Below, piece by piece: positions 54,398-64,000 of a DNA stretch of 64,000 nucleotides. The notes below the pieces were generated by a model. The model made no database searches. It had not been told where the DNA came from and saw nothing but the letters and a program-made list of their open reading frames with translations. The stretch is from the human T2T-CHM13v2.0 reference genome, Homo sapiens, in the NCBI RefSeq assembly GCF_009914755.1, contig NC_060927.1; one strand, written 5' to 3'. Both the position numbers and the translations under genes were made by a program. Numbering within the stretch: position 1 is the first letter of the stretch; every line of letters begins with the position of its first letter.

Positions 54398-55529
54398 CCA
54401 AGCTTAAGTAAAGATTGATCTGTAAAATCAATTTATTTCAACTTTACTTTTGAAAATAGTCCAAAGTATTAATATATTAGTTTATTTTTTTGGTGGTATG
54501 CCAAACATTATAAAACTGCTAGTTTTAGATGTAGACAGTGAGTAAAGATTGAGCTAAATCTTTATAGATTGTGGCCTTTTGGGGCATTTGGTAAAAGATA
54601 ATCCTATTTCTGTAAAACAAATACTGAAAAGAGAAAAAAAAAAGCACATATGTATGTGTATGTCCATCTAAGATTGTTTAAGCCTGGAAAAACATGGAAG
54701 GATATATATGAAGTTGTTATCATGGGTTTGCCTGACAGTGCTGATGCGGGTGGAAGAGGAGGGATGGGAGAAGCTGTGCAAATGTATGAGAAAGGGACTA
54801 AAAAGGGATGTCTATTATGATATTTATATAAATTTATTTCTAGGTGTGGCTGTATATTGAAAAAATGAGTAAAATACTTTAAAAAGTGATCTGGAAAATG
54901 AGAAAAGAAAAATGAGTGTAATTCTCATGTGCGTTTAAAATTATAATGTGTCAAATGTTTGTCTAAATTGGATGATCACTAAGAATAAAATTAAATTGGA
55001 AATTTTAATTAAAGGTGCTAAATTAAAGGTGCCAATATGTAGCTGGACATACTCTTCTATTTTCAATTACATTTTGTTTTACTTTCACCCACTTGCTATG
55101 TAGTTTTTCATCTCATGCATTTTTTTGATACTTTATGTCAGTAGTGGCTGAATTGTATTTGAAAAATATGTATCATATATAATTACATACACACAATTAA
55201 AGCTAAGTTTATTTCAAAATTGTGTATCGTTTATTCTAAAGTGTGAATTTGATCCATCTTAAAAAAAATCCTTTAGTATTTTTACGATGCTCTTATTTTA
55301 AAAAACCCTCAAAGTATTAGGACGAGAACTCTAAATAAGCTAGTTCAGTTGACATTTTTAATCGAGATCTTGTAAACCCTTTTCTAAAATTGTGCTTAAC
55401 GAACTGTAACTGCTTCTGGGTTCACTCAGTACATCCATTGGCACTTTTAATTGTGGAGAGACTAAGTGCATTCATTTATACCATCCCTCCCTCCACCTCC
55501 CAAATACCTCCCAGCGCACACAGGTAGAC

Positions 55530-55695
55530 CAACAGCATTTCTTAAGCATTTATCAGGTATCAGATACTCTCCTCACAATAAACTAGTAAAGGCAAATATT
55601 TTATGCCCATTTAATAGATCAGGAAACTGAGTCCAAAAGTGATTAAGAATTTACTCAGGTGAATGAACTGAGCCAGGTTTTAAATCCTGGTCAGC
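55530..55695 (-). mobile_element. MIR SINE
   Basis: tcctcacaata..cccatttaatagatcaggaaactgag..gagccaggtttta. Confidence 0.65.
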
Positions 55696-57664
55696 TTTGT
55701 ATTTTTTGTTGTTGTTGTTGTTTTTGTTTTGTTTTGGTTTTTTTGCCATTTGTTTACTACACAACCTAAGCCATGTAACAAGGAAAACTGGAAGGGTTTT
55801 CTTACTCCAGAGACTTTACCCAGGCATTGTTTCTGAGATGTGGAAGAGGAGATGGAAGAGAAAGAACAGGAAGGGAAAGATAGGGACAGTCTCTATTCAC
55901 TTGAATGCCAGATTTTCCTAGGAGAAATGACTGTCTTGGAATAGTTCAGTCTTGGGGTAACCGTCCTCTAAGAACCTCATTCATTTACTCCTAAAACCAA
56001 TACCTAACATCACTCACCTGGCTTCCAGAATATTCTAACGTTCTTAAGGCCATGTCACTCCTACCATGTTCAAGCAGAGAGAAATGGAGCTTGGAAATAT
56101 TCAAAGGCACCAAAATTAGAATAAAATGGGGGCATGGGGTCTTGATTTGAACAGGCTGATTTTTTTTTTCCAAATCTTGGCACCCCAAGGGTAAGCTTTC
56201 TTTTGTTAAGTAGCAAGAGTTAAAAGAAAACTCCAGGAAAAGGAACACTCACTGTAATCTCCTATGGCCTACAATAAAATGAAAATGAGGCAATGTGGAC
56301 TTTTTTTCGCCACCACTTTGGACCCTCTACCAATCCTAAGATTCAATTGAGTGAAAAATGTATTTGTTATGTTTATTTTCCTCTGACACATGCACTTTAA
56401 AATTAAACTGTTCTTTGAGTTGGTTAACGGCGATAAATCCAGGGAGCATATTTGACATTTTAAGTCATTAATTGTTGCGTAGGCTTCATCAATTGTTTTA
56501 ACAGAAGGCTTTTGTTTGCTTCCTACGTATTTAAGATTTTTTTTTTAACTTTTAAATAGGACAAAATAGCAGAGGATTAATATTTTCTTTCTGTTGGCTC
56601 AAGCAGGAATCCAAGACAGATTTCGATTCTACCATGTCTGATTGATAACTTTGAGAGCACCTAGCCAGGTATTCTGTGATCAAGTGTGTAAGCGCTGGAG
56701 AGTGTGTGGCAAAAGAAACCACACAGGAAGGGGCCAAATCACTTTTTTTTTATTGCCAGATAATTTTAGAATAAGCTGATGCTTAACACAATGTAATCTG
56801 ACATCTCACACAGTGTATAGTATACATTGCTGTGTGTATAGTCACACAATCACGTTCTGGGTATGATTGCTCACATAATGTATTACAAATTAAATAAATA
56901 TAATTAAAGTCTGTCTTTTGAGTTTCTCGCAGAAAAATTATATTTGACACAGGTTAATACAAATTAAATACAAGATTAGAGTATGTATAGTTGTTTTGGG
57001 TATCTGATACCCACCATCTGCCCATTTCACAGTGATATAACTACATTCTGCGATAATAAATTATTAGTTCAGGAGTTTTCAAAACTAGGAGGAAGATGAC
57101 CCAAGATATTTCAAAGGGCAGCATCAGAAATAACAATCAAAAGTAATTATATAAGGAAATAAGTACAGTTACACCGGTGGTGTTCCAGCCTTCACTTGCT
57201 TTATTTTGCCTTTTCATTGGATAATTAGAGGATCCTAAAAGGCATCTTTACTGTCTTTATCCAAGGAATTATGAGCTTTCATGTGCATGGTATTGGGAAA
57301 TTGTGATCTATTGCTGCCTACTTAGGAAATATGCTCTAAACAGCTCCTAAGACACTGCTGAGCATTAAACAGATACAAGATAATTAAAAACAGTAATTTT
57401 TATACCCTTTAAGTTCAAGGAAATTAATAGCTAATTTTAGGGGTAGAAAAGAATAATTAACTTGAAGATGCTCACATTCTCTTCTTGATGATAGGGGCAG
57501 CTGATACGAAAGCTTTTTTTGAACTAGTCCCCTAATTTCTAAGTTTGGGACTCAATCATATGGAAAATGGAATATCAGAGCTTTTGAATGGATTCCTTAA
57601 TCTTGCCTCCGAACTTGCTTATTTTATAGATTCTAAATTATGAGCCACAGAAAATAATGTTTTT

Positions 57665-57905
57665 CCAATTTTTTTTGTTGAGATGTTATTCACATACCAT
57701 AAAGTTCGCCCTTTTAAAGTGTACAGTTTAGTGGTTTTTAGTATATTTACAAAATTGTGCCACCATTATCACTATCTAATTTTAGAATATTTTTATCACT
57801 CTGTCAAAAATCCCCAACCCCATTAGCAGTTTACTTTCAATTCTTTCTCCCCCAGGTCCTGGCAATCACTAATCTACTTTCTGCCCCTATAGATTTGTCT
57901 ATCCT
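57665..57905 (-). mobile_element. L1MB 3' end
   Basis: ttgagatgttattcacataccataaagttcgcccttttaaagtgtacag..gtggtttttagtatatt..cctggcaatcactaatctactttctg. Confidence 0.88.
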
Positions 57906-58057
57906 ATATTCTCCTGCCCTTCCAGATTAAGTCATACTGATTATTCTGTCCCTCCTATTCTGTCAAGAGTCCTTTGCACTCTTCTAGTAAGTACTATTTC
58001 TATATTGAAAGACTTTCTATATTGTAATATTTCTGTATTGAAAGACATGCTTTCTGG

Positions 58058-58360
58058 ATTTTTTTTCTTTTTTTTTTTTTGAGACGGAGTCTTGCTCTGT
58101 CACTTAGGATGGAGTGCAGTGGCATGATCTCGGCTCACAGCAACCTCTGCCTCCTGAGTTCCAGCGATTCTTCTGCCTTAGCCTCCTGGGTAGCTGGGAT
58201 TACAGGGATGCACCACCGCACCCGACTAATTTTTGCATTTTTAGTAGAGACAGGGTTTCACCATGTTGGCCAGACTGTCTCAAACTCCTGACCTCAGGTG
58301 ATCCACCTGCGTCCGCCTCCCAAAGTGCTAGGATTACAGGCGTGACCACCATTCCCGGCC
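58058..58360 (-). mobile_element. AluS
   Basis: Full dimer; cctgacctcaggtgatccacc. Confidence 0.93.
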
Positions 58361-58362
58361 AA

Positions 58363-58705
<343 letters not shown>

Positions 58706-58714
58706 TAACACATT

Positions 58715-58930
58715 TGTTGGGCACCTACTGCATGCCAGGCATTGTGCTATGTACTAGAAATACGATCTGTACCACAGGATCATTTAATACTCAACACAAT
58801 CTTAGAAGTTTTTTATTATTACAATCCTTATAGACAAGAAACTTGAGGTCCAGGATTTCCAAGCTGGTAAGTGGAAGAAAAATTATATGAACCCAAGGTT
58901 GGATGGCCTTTTCAATCCACACTTTTGCTA
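58715..58930 (-). mobile_element. L2 3' end / MIR fragment
   Basis: gcacctactgcatgccaggcattgtgct..tcatttaatactca..atagacaagaaacttgagg. Confidence 0.6.
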
Positions 58931-59069
58931 CTATGGTCACCATCAGGAGCTTTACATGAATATTCCTCATGTATACCCAATTCAGTGCCTAACACTCACT
59001 GTGCGTTTGGTCCATGTTTAGTGTTGGTGTTGGTTCTCCTTACACATCTCTATTGTAGATAATTTAAGA

Positions 59070-59352
59070 GTTAGTAAACATGTTTTCAAAAGTAGAAGAA
59101 ATGTTTAGCCTCACTAATTATTAGAGAAATGCAAAGTTAAAGAAAAAGGAGGCACTGTTTTATACGTGCTAATAAACATTTTTAAAATGGCAATATTCAC
59201 GTGTTTGCAATATTCAAGTGTTTGGTATAGCCTTACATTTCAGGTGGAAGTGTGAACTTTAACAGTCCGTTGAATGCAATTCCAGTTTAAAAAAAAAAAG
59301 TTCAGTCTCCATGACCTGTTGCAGTAATTTAATGTAGGGAATGGAATAAAAA

Positions 59353-59399
<47 letters not shown>

Positions 59400-59650
59400 A
59401 AAAAAGGTAGAGATTTATTTACAAAGACATTCACAACAACATTATTTCTAATGCCAAACCATGATTCAAATTCCTGAGAATGGATTAATGAATGGTAAGG
59501 TATGGCAGATATCTTCAAATGTAACATTAGGGAGCCATCAGAAATGATAATCATAAAAACCTGGAAATTGTTTGAAAAAAATGAAAAGATTAAATGCAGA
59601 CTTAAAAGCTTTGAATATAACTATTTAACAATTTACATGTGCAAAAATGT
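59070..59650 (+). mobile_element. Old L1 (L1ME-like) fragment containing (TA)n
   Basis: agaaatgtttagcctcactaattattagagaaatgcaaa; caaagacattcacaacaacattattt; (TA)n at 59356-59396. Confidence 0.65.
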
Positions 59651-60444
59651 TTTAAAAATGTAGGACAATATCTGGCACACAGTCAACAGTAAGTATTGAT
59701 TGAATGAATGAATGACCAAACAGAAACAGAATAACACCTGCATGGTATGTAATCTCATTGCTAGAAGTTACAAGATTCAAATAATATGCTATGATTGAAG
59801 CAAGGTATGTTTAATAAGACTAAATGTTACATAGTGACTCAGGAAATGTCAATTGCTGTAAATGATTATTGCAGGTCTAGGAAAAATTTAATATTCTTGG
59901 TGATATATACATGCAAATAATTTATAACAAATAAAACTTTAGAATGTTTAGAGAATTGTGTAATTATCAACAACAGTGTAAATAACAATTATCATAGCTT
60001 TTAAAAATTTTATCTTATTTTGTTTTGTTTTATCATAGCCTTTTAAAGATGGTATAATAGCATCATTTTACGTACTTGTTTATAATTTAGTATCCAGTTC
60101 CAAAAATAACATAGGTTAGCTAATAATGATAATGAGTAAAGTTTAAAAAACACCTATTTTGAAGAAAAGATCCACATAGGAGAAAGAAACAAAGACAAAG
60201 GCCGTAGTGGGTAAAAAAGAGAGAGAGAGAGAAAGAGAGAGAGAGAGTGAGAGAGAGACAAAGACAATTGTGCAACCTCCAGAGTTGAGCTGGTTACTAT
60301 AACTGGCAGTGGCAACCACGGGTAGAGAAGCCCATGATGGGTTGTATAACAGTCCTTACAATTTCTTGGATGATGATAACTGCCTGCCTCAGTGCTATAA
60401 ACATTCCATATCTCTTTTGTATCCTCAGAGAAGAGTCGAGTAGC

Positions 60445-60745
60445 TACGGGGGCTGCCAAACTACTGGAGTTCATATTCTAACTTCATTGCTTACTATGTT
60501 ATTATATTACCTTGGGCAAATTCCTCAATCTTATCTGTAAAATGGAAAAAATAATTGTATCCCCTTCACAGGGTTGTTTTGAAGCCCAATGCTTGACACA
60601 CAATAAAGTACTCAATGTTAGCTATTCTTATGATAATTCTGAGAGATATTATTATTCTTTTCTTACAGAGAAGTAAACTGAGGCTTACAGATATTAGAGG
60701 CAAGATTCAAACCCAGTCACATTTCAAAGCCTAAATGCTTTTTCC
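60445..60745. mobile_element. Two MIR fragments, tail-to-tail
   Basis: accttgggcaaatt..tctgtaaaatgg..tcacagggttgtt (+), then ttacagagaagtaaactgaggctta..aagattcaaacccag (-). Confidence 0.65.
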
Positions 60746-63339
60746 CACATCTCATCAAGTATATTGTTGACAGAAGAGGATGTCCATTTTGATGAGCTAT
60801 CAAAGAAAAACAAATTCTTCACTCACCATTTCATACATCTGATGAACTGAGAAATTTTTTACAGACTACCTTCTACCTCCATGCATTTCAAACTGTGTTT
60901 CTTCTCCATTATAGATATACTTTTGGGACCAATTTCCTGTAGGACATTTGTATTGTGGTATAACATCTGGTCTTGTATCTTTGTTTCATGATACTGGGTG
61001 AATTAGCACATTAGAATGGCAGGCATAATCCCAAAACCCACTCTTTATACCGGAATGGCTAGCAAAGCAGATAAATATATCCTATTAAATCTAAACTAAT
61101 ATATCCCCAGATTAACTTCTCCTTAATTGGATCTCAAAAATACCTCCACTTCAAGGCTAACTGACACAAGAAGTGTGACAAAAGGAAGGTCAGAGTGGAA
61201 AGAGACCAGAATGTTAACTGATTGAGATGAAAATTTCTTAATTTTCCAAAATTTTCCAAAGCATATGATAATGTGCACATATTGCCAGGGCCACTCCCAG
61301 AGCCTTGGAATGGGCCTGTACAAGTGAGGGGATCTGGAGCTTAAGGCTCATTAGCTTCATGAAAAATGTGTCTTTGATTGTCACATTCCCAATGTAAAGG
61401 TTACCAATGACTTTTCGCTTTGTATCTTCTTAATATATAGTCAATGCATAAATCTGATGGCTGTACAGAGTGTAAAAGAACATACACACACATACGAATT
61501 ACATACAAGGCAAAAATAAGACTTGTGTCTGCACTTCAACTAAAAAAAGCATTTTCAAGATAGTATAATTTTGAGTGGCATAATCTAAAAACATTTTGTT
61601 GTATATATGAAAAGGCATGGACGTATAATCCATACTTCAAGGAAAGTACCTTATTTTCAATGTACTGGAAAGATTATAGCCCATTAATTGGCTCTGGTAG
61701 GAGGGAAAGTTTATTGATCTTCACAGCTCCTGGTTCTTCTATCCCACATCTTGAAGGTCTGCTCCTGAGCCTCTCCCCACTGTCACCACTGAGGAACGTG
61801 TCTCCACATCTCTTCAGGCCCTTCGTCACTGCCATTGCTTGGATGCTTGCCATCCACCTCAGACACTGGAAACAACCACGAAGTCACTCTGCCTTGCTTC
61901 TCCATTGTACTTTTACCTCCCCAGGGCTATAGCAATCTACAGCTGTACCTTGGCTCCCTTGCTCCTGGCTTCTTTCAGAATAGAAATTAACTCAAGTTGT
62001 TAGAGGGGGAAGAACTGCAAATTGTAGCAGAAAAATAGGCTGTCAAATCAAAGGAGAAGGAAGGTGTTCTAATTTTGGCCACCTGCAAATACATTAAACC
62101 ACTTATTGAAGTTTTCTTGGTGCCTTAATATTACATGGCCTCATGGCCTTCACTCCAGGCACCTGAGATTAATCAGCTTTGAAGGAAGGTAGACAGTCTC
62201 AAACAACAAAACAAGAAATAGGACACCCCAAATCTGGGGCCAGTCACTGTGAGACTAGAACATAACAGACAGCACATCTGAATTTTGTAAGGTCACAGAA
62301 TAGCTGTTTCTATTCAGGAATTCTTTGGTATCCAAAGAAAGAAGGCTGTGAGAGCCAAGTGGAGGAGGAGGATAAAGTGGATAAAATTCTTTGCTTACAT
62401 ACATTAATTGGTAAGATAGATGAACTCTGGGAGTAAGTTATGTCTACAGTAGTTCTTTGAGGGGAACAGTTATCTCTCTAAAGTTATGGCCTCAGGAAGA
62501 GAGGAGAGTAGGAAGTTTTGGCTTAGCTATTTGTAACAGTGGCAGTTAATTATGGCATTTCTTATACCTAGAAGGGGGGTTTTAAAGACTGAATTTTATT
62601 TGTACTTAGTTATTCTTAAATGTAAAGTGCCTCTAGACTTTACTGGAATATTACAGAAAAGGCCTTTATTTATCAACTGTAGGTATTTCATTTTTTAGAT
62701 GCCAACAACATAAATATTATTAAAATGAAAATCCTCTGGTTTTAGCCCTCAGATGGATTAGCAGAGGAGATATTTTCAATAACTTTTGGCATCTGGCAAG
62801 ATACCCACACATACTCTCTTTTCTCCAACCCCAACCTAGAGAAAAGTTTCAGCTAGATTTGCTTATTTGGTTTGATATGTGGATATATAGCCATAGCAAG
62901 TCTGGAAGCCTGTGGCCTGCTTGGTTCCTAGGGGAGCAGACCATCAGTTCAGCTCAGTGCCCATCAAGCTTTAGGATGGTGAAACTGTCTTCTGCACTGA
63001 AGGCCAGCACTTTACTTTTTTGTACTTCATCATCCCACAGCATGTAAACCACACCCCTACTCATCATGCTCAGCTTCTACCCATCCTGCGAAACCAGAAC
63101 ATCTACTCTATGTCAAGCAAACATTTGTTTACAGCAGTTTCAGCATCATTGATGGAATTAAACATGACACTACTACTCTCTACCAGCCATATCCAGAGAG
63201 GAGCATGGTGGCACTTGTTATGCCCTACAGTGGGAGCTATCCTTCACTGCCAGCTCCTATAGACCTTGGGGTCCAGAAGGAATGTCTAACGTAATGGTGG
63301 CTGGTGTGGAGTACACTGTACTTCTGTACTTCGGGCTGA

Positions 63340-63805
<466 letters not shown>

Positions 63806-64000
63806 TTGATTTCTTCAACAATCTGTTCACCTTACAGATGGCTGTTTTTATCTGTTTAAAATCTTCTTGTAGAAGATTAAGCTTGATCCCCAGACCATGA
63901 ACTAATCTAGCAGAATTTGCTTTTTCTAAATTGGTCTATTTGGTCATGGAGGCAGCAGAAGGAAGGCAGTAGAAAGAAAAGGTGAAGAAATTGGTCTTCC

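Overview
Primate (human-like) non-coding genomic DNA, AT-rich and CpG-depleted. I find no credible protein-coding gene: the listed ORFs are Alu, L1, LTR or simple-repeat translations, or chance ORFs. The window is a mosaic of interspersed repeats: about 18 Alu/FLAM copies (AluJ to AluY), L1 pieces from L1ME to L1PA2, MaLR/ERVL LTRs, Tigger/hAT MITEs, and many MIR and L2 fragments. Repeat-free stretches between them may be regulatory. Most Alus and L1s lie on the minus strand, which suggests (inference only) an intron of a large plus-strand gene that I cannot name. The most notable items are an old 7SK snRNA 5' fragment, a short orphan polyadenylated retro-insertion with a TSD, a complex inverted L1PB, a young L1PA2 insertion, a perfect 83-bp tandem duplication, locally templated insertions and a MIR-sized local duplication. 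I did not find a new biological system. Subfamily calls come from recalled consensus sequences and need RepeatMasker/Dfam confirmation. Boundaries of the old repeats are approximate.
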